Source: Leptogorgia sarmentosa (Eukaryota). From it: a stretch of DNA of 64,000 bases. Both the position numbers and the translations under genes were made by a program. The DNA is taken from assembly GCA_964658305.1 (NCBI GenBank), contig OZ210885.1, positions 9,548,001 to 9,612,000 of the forward strand, in the 5' to 3' direction. Shown one piece after another: positions 45,249 through 58,544 of this stretch. The notes beneath the pieces were generated by a model, which was not told where the DNA came from, ran no database searches, and was given only the letters and a program-made list of their open reading frames with translations. Positions within the stretch are counted from its first letter, which is position 1. The number at the start of each line of letters is the position of its first letter.

Positions 45249-46139
45249 TTAGAGGACATTAAAATCATATTTTTCAAAAGAAAACTAAGGGAACATTGTT
45301 GACGTGATACGAGAAAATAATCACTATTTTATTGTCTGGAAGCAACTGCCATCGCAGCAGCGCGCGTGTAAAGCAAATCAGATAAATCTCTGACCTCTGA
45401 CCTTTTTGAAATTATATACACATCGTACTGAACAAATGATCTTAAAAGAGTTAAATCACAATGTGGCACGCTACTTCTGCGTCTTAATAAAATATCCAGT
45501 TTATTCACAGTATCAGCCAACGTTAAATTTACTTTTGTATGCCTATTTGTTCATTCAGTATCGAAAATTCTGTAAATCCCCGGTATTTTCGGGCAAACAA
45601 ACAGCCCAAGCTTAGTTAGTGATGCCGTCGACCAGTGTTGTCGAGTCGGAGACCGCGAAAACAAACACGAAAGCTATAAATGCGAAAGCTCGCAAATATG
45701 TTGCCTATCATCAACCAATTTAAAATATGTGACGAGTTCTACTGTGTTACACATTTTAGTTTGCCCGCAATGTCGGCCAACTAAATTTTTAAAATAAATA
45801 CGCACGGCGGCTGTTAACAGTACTAAATTGTCCATGACAAATACAAGTTTTCTACTAATTCAAATCTCTAGATTCATTGCTGATATATAAAAAACATTTT
45901 AACTGCTTTATCAACGCATTCAGACATGTTGGCCACATTATATTATCATCACAGTCAGGGAATTACTGATTCACGGCCCCACTCATAGCGTCCGCCATTG
46001 AGAACAACTGCAAATAATGATGAGCAACGATATATAACTGCAATCGAATCATTTTTGTTCAAACATTTCAAGGATATCAGTCAAATACCGAGTTTCGCAC
46101 GTCAGGAGAATTTGGGACGCTCGCCCCGGAGTTTACACT

Positions 46140-46213
46140 ATGAATGACTGAATGACTACATGACTACATGACTACATGACTACATGACTACATGACTACA
46201 TGACTACATGACT
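46140..46213. repeat. 8-bp tandem repeat (ATGACTAC)n
   Basis: About 9 units directly visible. Confidence 0.9.
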
Positions 46214-46635
46214 GGTGTGAATTTTCGCCACTCATCACAATACTGCAAAGTTTCTTTGAAACTTTGCACTAAAAATGTTCTTAGTGGTAAATTTAAAAAC
46301 AAGTAAAACTACAGTAAAATTTTCGTTTCTCGTATGAATTCTCGATGGATTTTCATTTATTTGATTTTGAAATTGCCCTGAAATTGATAACAATGACAAT
46401 ATAAGGAAATTATCCTTGTTCTCGAAGTATTAATGAAAAATTGCACTTGTGTTTGGCGAAATACCGCTAAAGGCTAAACCTCCCACTCCTTACAACAATT
46501 TCACAAAAAAATGAGGATATTTCCTTTCAAAGCTGATCTATTTATCCAAATTCAATATCACCAAGAATTTTTTTCAGGTTTTTTACTGAAAAATTCCAAA
46601 GAAAAAATCTCTCCATTTAAAAAAGCTCGCATGAG

Positions 46636-46708
46636 TGTTTCCGCCCAGGTTCGAACTGAGGACCTTGCGCGTGTTAAGCGCATGTGATAACCACTACACT
46701 ACGGAAAC
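46636..46708 (-). tRNA. TRNAV-AAC: tRNA-Val(AAC)
   Basis: Intact. Confidence 0.88.
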
Positions 46709-46844
46709 TGACCTATGCGTAAACATATAGAAACAGATTTATTCACTTTAATTAATTTTCTGTTTTTTTTATTATTGAAAATTTCAAATTTCATTATTGA
46801 AATTTTCAAAAAAAAATATCTCGAGTTAAAAAAGCTCATATGTA

Positions 46845-46917
46845 TGTTTCCGACCAGGTTCGAATTGAGGACCTTGCGCGTGCTAAGCGCATGTGATAAC
46901 CACTACACTACGGAAAC
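46845..46917 (-). pseudogene. tRNA-Val body with AGC anticodon
   Basis: tgcgc-TT AGC AC-gcgca; T stem mutated. Confidence 0.7.
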
Positions 46918-47020
46918 TGACCTATGCGGAAACATATAGAAATAGATGTATTCACTTTTTCGTTTTTTATTGAAAATTTTCAAAGAAAAAAATATCTGCA
47001 GTTAAAAAAGCTCATATGTA

Positions 47021-47093
47021 TGTTTCCGCCCAGGTTCGAACTGAGGACCTTGCGCGTGTGAGGCGCACGTGATAACTACTACACTACGGAAAC
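47021..47093 (-). tRNA. TRNAV-CAC: tRNA-Val(CAC)
   Basis: CT CAC AC loop; one D-loop substitution. Confidence 0.78.
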
Positions 47094-47495
47094 GAACTGG
47101 AAGAAAATTACAGAAACGAGACAAAATTCTGGAGAAGTGAATCGATGCAACAAAAAATAATTATGAAACAAATTCATGGAGATGCAGATCCAAGCCAGAT
47201 TTAAACTGGGGCCCTTGCAGTGTTAGACCCATGTAGTAACCAGTGCACTACACGAAATGTATAGCAATCCCTCAATTTCACCCTCCAAAACATTAACAAG
47301 ATTATACCAGGGGTCCAGTATTCAAGTCTCTGATGAGGCTTTATTTTCTTCGAAAACTTTGAAGAACGTGGAAGACAAACTCCAAGATTGTACGAGTTTG
47401 TATTTGAATGTAAAATTGAAAAAAAAGATGTCCGTGAATTGATTATAGCTGCGTTTGAAAGTATATGTACGTAATTAACCTAGTAGAGTACAACG

Positions 47496-47567
47496 GGGAG
47501 TGTAGCTCAGTGGTAGAGCATTCGACTGCAGATCGAGAGGTCGGTGGTTCAAATCCGCCCGCTCCTT
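47496..47567 (+). tRNA. TRNAC-GCA: tRNA-Cys(GCA)
   Basis: Intact cloverleaf. Confidence 0.9.
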
Positions 47568-48430
47568 CTTATCATACCTATAAACTGGAAAACGTTGAAT
47601 TTCCTTATTTAAAGCGGCCTGATGTGAAATATGCGACCCAAACGGTTAAGATGCATATCTATGGTTCGTGTTAAATATATCCACCAATTCTTTAAAACGA
47701 TTAGTCCTGCTATTAAATACTAAAACTGGCAGATTGAATATTTATTCATTTTGAAGTACAAGCCAAGATTAATGCCAGTGGTATAGACGTCTATGTTTAG
47801 ATGAACGACGCGAAACTCGTTTAAAAAAGAGAAAATTGATAAAAACAAGTTCATTAAGAACCTTTTTAAAAAGCAAAGTTTTTAACTTCCAACAGGTTTG
47901 CATTTTGCAAAGACTTGTTCGTCGCTTGGCAAGGACGAAGTTCGTGTTTATGTCATGATGTAAACAAAGGTGCAAAATTAATGTAGTTCATTTAAGGACA
48001 AAATTGACGGCGTTAACCGATAACATTCACCAGAGATTTCACAACTATATGCTTTATAATATACTTTTCGGTAAATACACCAGTATTATCAGAATACTTT
48101 TACCAATGCTGTAAATGATTAGCCGTTCTAGCTAAATCGCGAGAAAAATGAGTTTGGTTAGCTATATTTCCGTAGCTGTACCTCTTCGACTTATTCACTC
48201 ATTTTGTTGCCAGAAAACGTTGTACATAATTAGTAATAATGTCCTAGAAGTACGGGCTGCTATTTTTACCGAATTTTGTTGACGAGACGTAGATTTTTTC
48301 GACTTATTTTCAGGCGTAGTGAGTCATATTACTATTTACTTGCCAACCTCATCATCTGAATGTTATGTCAAGCGTGCGGCTTGTTAGGCTGCCTAATATT
48401 ATACTTTTTTTTATTCTCTCGCAAATATTA

Positions 48431-48502
48431 TTCCCATGTCGGGAATTGAACTTGGACCTTGGGGGTGAGAGTGCCAGATCCTGACCACTGGACCAAATGG
48501 GA
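48431..48502 (-). pseudogene. Decayed tRNA-Glu(CTC); last tRNA of the cluster
   Basis: Many substitutions. Confidence 0.65.
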
Positions 48503-48776
48503 GAAACATTATTTTATCTTTTCCCGGAATGTGAGTATATAAGTAAAAAATTGTGTTAAATTAATAAAAGGTTGTCTATATGCCTGTATAATAGTACGTG
48601 TTTATGGAACATTTAACATGTCATTTATTATGGAAGTTTACTTTAGTGATGCCAAAATATGCCACAAAATATGATAACTTTTGAAAAGCTTTTAATTTTT
48701 GTATTCTTCGAAAAAGTATAGAATTTAAATTACCAATTCATATTCTGTTTGTGCCGTTTTTCACCTGGCAATACAG

Positions 48777-49182
48777 GTTCTCCAACATTGGGCGAGATAT
48801 TCAACTCAGCCCGAGATTGTCCTGATGTTGTTGATAAATTAGCTGGAGCAAAAGATGGATCTTGCTGGATCCTTCGGAAGAACCCACAAGGTACAAGCTC
48901 ATGCTTCCGAAGCTGAAATCTACATAATGAATCTTGCAAATAGTTTTTTAAAATTATTTTAATTAGGTTTGGTGTTATATTCATACAGACCAAGGTGGAT
49001 TAATTTGTGTTGTTTGGAATGAAGAATAGTCCAGTAAGTTCGACAGTCCCATCCGATTCGTCCCCGGTTGACCCACAAGGACCGCCACTACACTGGTCAA
49101 GTGTTTTGGGCGATATCACAGTTCTTGATTTTAGAGTCCAGGTCTCAACAAACAAAAATTTTGATGACACAAGAGCAGACTG
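48777..49182 (+). pseudogene. Two frameshifted exons of a fibrinogen-related-domain-like gene
   Basis: ARDCPDVVDKLAGAKDGSCWI and VWCYIHTDQGG/FVLFG motifs with AG/GT boundaries; frameshifts. Confidence 0.45.
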
Positions 49183-50050
49183 GTAAGAATACACAAACTA
49201 ATAATTTCTTGTTAACCATGCGCAAAGTCAGCACCGAGGTCGTCTTTTGTACCGACAATGCACGTAGTGCGAGTTATAACAGGAAAATGATTATCTCATA
49301 CGAACATATGATTGAAACTTTAACACTTTCTATCATATCAGCAACTTTCCAATAAAGAATACCGAATGGTTTTCCGTGCAGGATTGCGTCATCCATGCAC
49401 GTGGGATGTGGCGACTTTCGGAAAGCGTAAAAAATCACGAGCCGCAGGCGAGTCACTTTCCGAAACTCAAGCCACATCCCAAGTGTATGGATAACGCTAT
49501 CCTGCACGGGAAAATCATTTGGTAATTGTTTTATAAAATAACTACAGTGAAACAACGGAAAACGTTAATTTCTGTTCCATAAATACGAAAACCCTTGTTT
49601 GTTGTTTTCGATAGCAATTTGTGTTACTGTCAAATTTTCGTATTTTACTTTAATTTATTGCCGACATTTTAAAAATCCCGTGACTCGTGAGCATTATGCT
49701 CGTGAGTAAGCATTCAGAATTTTCCAAGCTGGATACTGTGCAGGATTGTCTGATCCTGCAGGACTATTGACCAATCAAATTGCGTGTTTCACTGTAGTTA
49801 TTATGTAACAGCCTTTCACGGCCGAAAACAATTTACTCGATAAGCGTGGTGACGTTATAACGTGCTCAATAAGAGCAGACCTGAGTCATTAGACACTCGA
49901 AATATTTTCTTGTCAACAGAGATAACTTTTCCCATATCAAGATCCCTTAAGGCCCGTGCACACGAGCGAGTTTTTGCTGGGATTTTCTCCTTCTGGTGGA
50001 TGTGAACGAGTGGATTAACAAGGAATGTGCTGAGTGCGTGCTTTCTCACC

Positions 50051-50835
50051 CATTGAGCTATATATAACTGGAAGGCTACCTTCATATTAACGGGAGCGAA
50101 AAAATTGAAGCCAAAATTTTGCGTGGAATTACCCCCAGACACGCGTGTTCAGCTACGTGACATTCTCGCGCGGTATTCGGTAGAAAGGAGCGAACAAGTC
50201 AACAACATGTTTTCAAAAGGGAAAGTAGGAATTTGCGATGCGATAGAGAAGTGATTTTGCTGTTTTTTTACAGCTTCAAAGCCATTTCTAGTGGTATGAA
50301 TACAGAAAAATTAAATTTTATGGCGATCAATTGAATTTCTGTAAGGTAAACTCGCCGAAAACAAACGATTGTGTCTCGATTAAAACGGATCTCATGTGCT
50401 TGACATATTGATTCGAAAGCTGGCTACAAATGGAATCACAACAGATTTTAGTCTATGACTATGCCATATGGTCGCCTGTGGGCGAACAATTTTTGAAAAA
50501 TGTCAAGAATAGACGAAAAATGACAGCCCGACATAGCAAAAGTGGCAAAACCTCAAAAGGCCACTTATCGCCGTTCGGGTTTTTTTACAAAAAGCGCTAG
50601 TTTTTTCAGGCAGTACCATACAAAATTTGGCAAAAACTGGTCATTATTATGAAAACCAAACATTCACCAAATTTATGTTACATATAAATGATTCACATCT
50701 TCCTAAAATTATTTTTTGCGAGTTTTGTACAAGTTTTTTCAACAAAAAACAGAAATGTTTTTGTTTTGGCCGCGTCTACATTGCGTGGAAAGACTGGGGC
50801 CGATTTGGCTTCAAGTTTCCTGCCGGAAGTAGCCT
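50051..50835. mobile_element. Second copy of the P-like element, right TIR truncated, nested in a MITE (about 49951-50920)
   Basis: Near-identical to 39744-40564. Confidence 0.8.
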
Positions 50836-51527
50836 TTTCACCAGAACATTTGTGACTGATCTACTCGTTCACATCCGTCAAAAGGAGAAAATCGCACTAG
50901 AAATCGCAGCGAAATCGCTCCGGTCTTTAGTCTGCAAACAAACTTATAAGGATCGATGGTCCAATGTTGTATCTGTAAAACAATGCTGATATGAAAAGAT
51001 TTTAGAAAATACGACTAAGAGATAATGACGTCTGAAGTTCAGTAAGGTTTGCTGATAATGCTGTAAATGTGACGACCATTGCAAACATCATTGGTAATTT
51101 TACTTTTATTGACAAATATTCTATAATAATTCCATAGTCATGTAAACCAGCAAATACAACTAAAAATTTACATTAAAGTTAAAACAAAATCATTTTCAAA
51201 TATACAGTTGCCTCTTATGTTAATTGACGAATTGCTGAACATTTCCAGATATGTTCACCATTTAACTTATTCAGTGATACTGTCACACAGCTATTTCCTG
51301 CTGAAGCCTGGACAAGTGTATCTTAATTACTGACAGTAGGGATATTGAATAATGAATGGGGTAAAATGTAGAAAACATTGATTCAGAAATGATCTTAGAA
51401 AATATGATGCCTGCGTCTACTATCAAATTAATGACTTTCAAAAATTAAGTAACGCACCGATTCGAATGGTGGTTGTTTTGGTAAAAATAGTCATAGTCGA
51501 ATATTAGTCTAATAATAATATAGTCTA

Positions 51528-51994
51528 CAGGGTGTCCCAAAACCTTTGAAATTAGCGCATTGTTTGAATTTGAATGCCCCAGCACTAAGCTAACCCCTAA
51601 GATCCCGTTTACACGGCACCGAATCAGCTTGGTCACGACATCAAATTTAATTGTTTCAAGACGAGTGTGGCTCTTAATTAAATCTATGGTAATATTACAG
51701 AATTTAATAACCACGAATCATAGAATGTTTGGTTAGAGTAAAAATAACCTAAAACGCGACGAAATCATTGTCGTGACTACGTGAATCCAGTACCGTGAAA
51801 CGGGGTCTAAGCTAAGCCAATTTTGCAAGCCATTACATACTTTAGTCTATATTCAAATTTTGGTTTTAATCAATTCGGACGCACATTACAAGTATATCTC
51901 ATTACAATTTCTTAATTACTTTTTACGAATTTTTTCGAGTTCAAACTGAAAGGGCTTTCAAATTCCAACAATGCATTAATTTCAATGGTTTTGG
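51528..51994. mobile_element. Tc1/mariner-type MITE containing a nested Harbinger MITE (51601-51807, TAA TSD)
   Basis: TA|CAGGGTGTCCCAAAACC..; imperfect inverted arm at 51951-51994; inner GATCCCGTTT..AAACGGGGTC. Confidence 0.65.
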
Positions 51995-52137
51995 TTTTTT
52001 GAGTCTTTATTCTACTTTATATACATTTTATAGTATTTTTCATTGCGAGAAATATTGATATTGTTACTCCACATACTGTATCCTTGTTTCCACGTTTAAT
52101 ATTCATTTCAGACAATGTTGCAATATCTCTCGAGTCT

Positions 52138-52463
52138 TCAACCTTTTGGTTGGAGTTCTTTTGAATGCGAGGATAACTTATTAAGACGAAGGAAGCAGAC
52201 CCGACCTCCTGCCAGGCCAACACAAACCATTCCATTTGAGCCACATGCAATGGCTAAAACATTCCGGTTGAAATGAAACTCTTCAACACACTCTCCATTT
52301 TGTAGGTTCCACAGTTTCAGCGTCTTGTCATAATCCGAGCACGACAAAAGAAATTCACTTCCAGCCGCTAATGCCAACGCTCTGATACGTTCAGCATTTT
52401 GAATTGGAAATCTATAGAGAACCTTTCCAGTTATGAAGTCCTTAATCGCCAAAGAACCATGAC
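52138..52463 (-). CDS. Terminal coding exon of a WD40-repeat protein
   Basis: IRALALAAGSEFLLSCSDYDKTLKLWNLQNGECV WD40 repeat; acceptor atttttAG at 52464; stop at 52138. Confidence 0.72.
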
Positions 52464-52892
52464 CTAAAAATGTGATTTAAATTTTGTTAATCTGTTAAAG
52501 CAATGTTACGCGAGGCAATTTTTGGATCAATTTTGGATTGATAGCTATGTTTTATATTTATAGTGGCTGTTACGAACGAAAGATTTTGATCGCAGTGCAT
52601 ATACCCAATGTTCTTTCCCAAGGCAATTTCGATACAACGTGAGACGTATTTTAATTTGGATTTACAGCCATTTTATCGAACCGGCATTTCACGTGAATCA
52701 ATTTTTGCCATCACTTGCGAGCTGATCTTGGATTGTTAGCCGTGTTATCTAACGGCTACGTTATACAGAATAATTATTTTGCCAATATTTGTGACGCAAT
52801 TTTAGCTTCATTGTGATTTATGTTGCAGGTATGTTACCCAAAGGAATTTGTCGCAAGTGGCAATTCAATTTCGGGTAATGAGCTGCCTCTGC

Positions 52893-53067
52893 AACAGGAG
52901 CTTTTATGCTTTCAATAGAAATTAGTAACATGTGCGGGCGTAAATTTAGGGATGCGCGGGTAGTTTTGATACATCAACTTTCCCGCAAGTGTCAAAACTG
53001 CCCGCGCCTGACAGGATTTGCACCTGCACCTGCTACTAATTTCTATTAAAAGCATAAAGCACCTGTC
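52893..53067. repeat. Imperfect palindromic element (MITE-like)
   Basis: ACAGGAGCTTTTATGCTTTCAATAGAAATTAGTA versus TACTAATTTCTATTAAAAGCATAAAGCACCTGT. Confidence 0.6.
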
Positions 53068-53299
53068 CAGGGGGTAGGGTCCTGAGGTGAAGTTATTTAA
53101 GTTGCTGTCTCAGAAATTGTTCACGTAGACCGCTACTACACTCGCTTTTCACAATTCTTTACATAACATACTATAACTAGGAAATATTAGCAGAGTAAAC
53201 AGGGACATATCTCCACAAATTTCCATCGAGTCTCATCTAAATAACATAGCTTTAAATCAGACGTTTCGTAACATGCAGCTAAAACTGCCTGATCTATCA

Positions 53300-53800
53300 C
53301 CTGTTTGTACGAAAGAGAAAAAAAGAAGTTTGGCCAAGAATTACAGAGGCCTATCTCCATCAGAGCAAATATGAGTCGTATTTTAGCGAAGATCATTATA
53401 GCTAGCACGTATCATAGAAGCATATGAAACAAACATCAGTGAAGCCCAGTGAGGTTTCAGACGACATCGTTCAACGTCTCAAGGATATTCATTAGGTGAA
53501 GACAGTGATAGAGAAGTATTGTGGGTCTCTGATACTGGTAAAGATTGATCTTACTGCCGTGTAGCTACGAACATATTCCAAGAGACTTCCTATTTCGTGT
53601 ACTAAACATGCGAACAGGTGCAGCACATCTAGTGGTTATCCTTCAGATCTTGTAATGTACAAGAACATAACAGCTTCGACACTTCGTATGAAAAATAATT
53701 TTGATGCATGATGGTTGGTTGTAGACAGGGTGGGCAAGAATCCTATGCTTATTCAACTACTATTTCGACTACGTATTCAAAGTCGCTGCAGGAGAGATAG
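53300..53800 (+). mobile_element. Decayed non-LTR (RTE-like) reverse transcriptase fragment
   Basis: KNYRGLS, SEAQ*GFRRHRST, IDLTA..HIPRDFLFRVL, GCRQGGQES..LFNYYFDYV with frameshifts and stops. Confidence 0.75.
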
Positions 53801-54431
53801 ATCGCAGATTCACAGATGGATGAGGGATCGATTTTGAATAAAGCCAGGCGCATAAGACACGATTTTTGTCCACCGATGAAAATGTTTTTGTGCGTACGTT
53901 GCATGAGGCGATTTTTGGGGGGAGTTACGCAGGGTAATTTCGAATTTACAGCCATGTTATATTGTGGCTAGCTTACACATGAAACATTTTTATCGCATGG
54001 CACACCCACTATTCTTAATGTTGCAGAAGGGAATTTCTCACACAACGTGTGACTTACTTTGGATTCGTAGCCTTCACACGAGTCAATTTTCACGATCACT
54101 TGCAACGTAATTTTGGATTCATAGCCATGTCAATGTCATACTGTATAACGGGTCAGTTACAGGAAGTAATCATTTTGCGATCATTTGTGAGTTCATCATC
54201 ATTTCATCAGAGATTTTAAAGTCTGCAGGTATGTTACACAGAGGAATGCGTTAAAGCCCGCATTCTACATTCATTTTCAGATTTTTTCTCATAGCATGTT
54301 TATAAGGAAATATAGACACAGTAACCTGCGATTTACGTGCACAAATTTCTCAGCAAGTTTCGTGTAAATGACACAGCTTTAAATCAGACGTTTCTTTCCA
54401 AGGGGCGGTATAAACTGTCTGTCGTGCTATC

Positions 54432-54635
54432 CAGGGGCAGAGTTTCTGGGGGACGGTGTGCGGGGAAATTGTTCACCCCTTCAAAAAAAATTCCATCTCC
54501 TGTCCCGCCCACAATGTCAATGTACTAACAATAAAGTAGCTATAAAATTAACATGTTTCTACGCTCAAACACACAAAAATACTCACTCCCCAATTTTTTG
54601 CATCCCTCAGTGAAAAACATGAAAATCCGCCCCTG
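54432..54635. mobile_element. Old hAT-type MITE
   Basis: CAGGGGCAGAGTTTC / GAAAATCCGCCCCTG; no TSD. Confidence 0.45.
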
Positions 54636-57600
54636 GTAAAAAGGGTGACCGATACAGCCGACACAAAATTAAAAACCTATGCAGACTAAACTAGGTAATG
54701 CTCAAACTTTCCCCGCGAATAATTCGCAGATAACATAGTTTCACGTCTAACGGGAGGTGAGGGGTTACCGTGAGATTACGTCTACGCGGTTGAAGGCGGG
54801 CTGTCATCTACTGTGCTTCTTGTTAAGACAGGTTTGTTGATGTAACATAAAAGGTCTTGATCCACTGTTTTAATTTTTTTCGTAACTTTGATGATTTCGT
54901 CTCAGAACTCGCCGATGGCTTATATTATATTCGCATATTTTATGCTTTGAAAGGCTTTTAATCCACGTCGCTCAAGCAGTTGAAAAAATGATGCTGCCCG
55001 TCGAACCGAGTAATGAATATTCAAACGAAGGAAGCTCGGAAAATACCCTCATTATTAACGATTTGATAATACAGCAACCATTGTCTCACTTTGTGAATGA
55101 CTTCCTTCTCTGATTCGCCTCCGTTTGGTTTGTATGACATTTTCAACTACCTCATTCACTATTCGACCGATTATGATAAACAAGGACTGCTGCTTATAAA
55201 TCATATGACGATTACCGGCTTTTCGACTAGGGTTATGTTGAGTCGCTGTTGAAAGCGACTTTAGAAAGAAGCGTGCATTTAAATGTTTATTGATTGATAA
55301 AATGCGAGCGCACTGCTCGTGTCTATTATAAATAATAATATGAAAACGTCCTCTGCTGTAATCACCAGATACCGTCCCCTTTACAACAACGAAACTCTAC
55401 CGATTTAAATATATTTCCGCACTCCAAAATACTTCGAATACAGCCTCTAAATAAAAATATTCTGCGTTCTACTTGCCACACGTGTATATATTTTACATAC
55501 CGCGCTACGAAAGTTGTCCGAAAAAATGCAAAATTGGTCACGTGACAGTATCCTACGGCGCATCGCAGTAAACGTGGATTGCAATAATCTTGCGTACAGT
55601 AGCGTGACGTCGCGTGCTTTGTTGCATGAATCTTAGGCGGGAATTTTGATGGCAGCGCTAGAGACAGAGCAAATTTCGTTCCTAGTTAATATGATGTTTC
55701 TTTGATAACGACCGAAGGAATAAAGCGAACGAATGGGTGAGCTAGAAAAATTGATCGTTGTCATACCGCGAATAAAATTTTGGACCTTCGTTTTGTATTG
55801 TATGTTCAGGCAGTTTCTACCAGTGTAATTTGCACGGTTTTTGTTTTACAACTCTTGATGAATTTGAGTAGAACTTCCAACAGGCCTATAAAGCTAATAG
55901 AGAGGCTAAGATACCCCGGTTCCGGTTTACGGCTACGGCTGCATTTCCCGTTCCAGTACCCGTAAACCTGAACCGCGGTATCGTCACCTCTCAAATAACC
56001 ACAGCTGGCCCAGGTTGCTCGTGCCCGCCTGAAAATTACTAAAAATAATAGGATGGAGACATTGCGACCAGACGAGGCATATATCACACAAACTATCCTC
56101 GATTTTTCGCATTTAAACGTATCTCTTTCCAAATTAATCGATATTCCCAGCAAGAAGGATCCCGTGTAACTACCAAAATAATGATGCTTTTATCAAATAG
56201 CGTAAATTCCCCTTAAAATTCTCGAAGGAATGACAAAATTCGGCAAAAATATATCCACGTACCCGCTTTGCTGTGCGATAAACCGGACGTCGTTGAGCTA
56301 CTCATTAAATTCAAACCTGATTGGGCCGCGAATATTTAACAGTTATTCTGCGAACTCGAGTCGTATATGCTATTTCGGCAATTTCAGATTCATTTCAGAA
56401 TCTTATTAAAATAAATGCACAATATATGTTCCTTTGGAACTTTCTTAAGATTTCGCTGAAATCCAGCATAAAATAAGGACAACATACTCAATTAAATTGT
56501 TAGCTACACGTTTGTTATATTTATAGTTCACAAATCGCAATGACTGCGCCAGAAGTAAAATGCAGTGCATGCCTAAAACATAAAAGGCTCCGACGTCAAA
56601 TTATCCATAAACCTACACCGATGTATCTACTAGAAATACATACATGCAGCAACCCCTCGCTCGTCTTACTAACGAACCAAGACCACATTAAACTCAATGC
56701 ACCTATATTCTAACAACATGAAGTACTCAGACATTGTCGTCATAACAACAACACGGCAATTCATATTTTTCCGTATATTTTTTTAAAAATGAAAAAATAA
56801 TGTAAAAAATATCATTTTTTTAACCTGGTTTTTATAGAATGTTTTTTAATTCGCAGAATATATGTCGCACTAATGTCATTAAACCTAAATTTGATGTAGA
56901 ATATTCGCATAAGACGCTTTAGGACATTATATTTTTGTTTCATACAAATTTTGTCTTTGAAATAAAACTATTTCAAGCCAATATTCGCTCGTATTCTTTC
57001 CATCTAAAATTCGTTAGTATCTTGAAATACTAAAAAGGCCGTCTTACATTTACACAACGTAAAATTTCTTAAATTAAACTGTAAACAGATTGAATGCGGC
57101 TAAGCCAGCCATTCATATAAATACGCGAGAATTTTATATGCAAACAATACATGCGCTTGTCTTGTATTTCAATCCATTGTCGCTTCTCGTGGATTTAAAA
57201 TCTCTTTCCAGCATTAATGTCTTCTCATGAGTCTTTTATAGTCTTGCAACAATAGTCTTCGTTATTGTTTTCCACTTTTTAAAGCCTTAAATAGTGTTCG
57301 CTCTTCATGACAGTCCGCCATATTTTTTAAATCAGTGATGACCACCCCAGTGCTTCCATTTCCGAACTTGGTAATTTCCTAATTTTTTCCTTTTTTTGAC
57401 CGGAATTTCCTTCAAAAAATATCAAAAATTCCTTCAAATTTCCTTCTCGAAATCAGTGCTCAACAAACTCTCATCGAAGAAAATGTGTAATTTACTATAA
57501 ATTATAGACTACTTACAGCCAATTTTAACCAATGTTTAGTGACAAATATGAAGAAATTAGGAACTAATACATCGATCAAGGTTGCATGTGCGGCAACATA

Positions 57601-58200
57601 TGACATGTCATCTGTTGGGAAGTATATTAATAGTCAGACGCTTCGGATAAACTTCGGGTTTCCGAGCGCAAGACGAACAATAGTCGTGAGATCGAGCATG
57701 TGAGAAAGGATGTGAGGTTTTGGTTCATATTTTAGTAAATAAATCTTAAGCGTAAACGTGACGAGGTTGTTGTGTGAGCAATTCACAACATCATCGTAAG
57801 AAAAATTTCAGAAATGCCACCATTTCGTAGGCAGAATGGATAATGGACTCTAAGTTCTTCGCGTTTGTCTTTTGAATGTTCCTTTTTTAATTTACGAATT
57901 GTCTATTTTGCTTTGAAATTTGAAAGATTTAGAAAAACCTATTTTGCAATCAAAACTGTGACTGTCTATCAGTTAATTTTGGAAAATGGTTAATGGAAAA
58001 TAATATGACTTATATATAGATTACGGATATAAAAAATCAGGAACGGAAAGTTTGAAAACATTTTTGACTGTACAAGAGCTTTAAGTTCGGAGATTAGAAT
58101 GTCAAATCTCTTTTAGCATATGATATTCGAATATGAAAGCAACCTGAAGCTAAGAGTATTAATATTATACTGTTGACTTATGCGGCTGCCTGTCTGGTTA

Positions 58201-58320
58201 GGCCCAGTTCAAACGTCGAACTTTTCATGTGCCGAACCTAATGTTAACGAGCAAACTTCTCTGTTTGCGCTCATTTGCATTAGGTTCGACACATGAAAAG
58301 TTCGACGTCTGAACTGGGCC
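58201..58320. mobile_element. 120-bp palindromic Harbinger-type MITE
   Basis: GGCCCAGTTC..GAACTGGGCC with TTA TSD. Confidence 0.88.
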
Positions 58321-58544
58321 TTAGTGGTTACTCTACTTCCGCAAATCGAATTGATACATATTATTCTACACTTTATTTCCAAAATTTAACTAATTTTAAG
58401 ATATTTTTGTATTTTCCTTCAACTTTCCTTTATTTTTCTAGAATTTCCTTCAAATTTCCTTCAAAAATTATTTCCTTTTTATTTCCTTCATTTTGCCAAA
58501 ACATCCTTTCAAAAGGAAATTTCCTTCAAAATGGAAGCACTGGA

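Noticed and set aside
677..47674. Dozens of 60-125-aa ORFs that recur in near-identical form (MISKINFFVEKQ.., MFLPCC.., MVKATDLKS..)
   Set aside because: They overlap tRNA genes and duplicated spacers; recurrence reflects DNA duplication, and paralogs carry random stops and frameshifts
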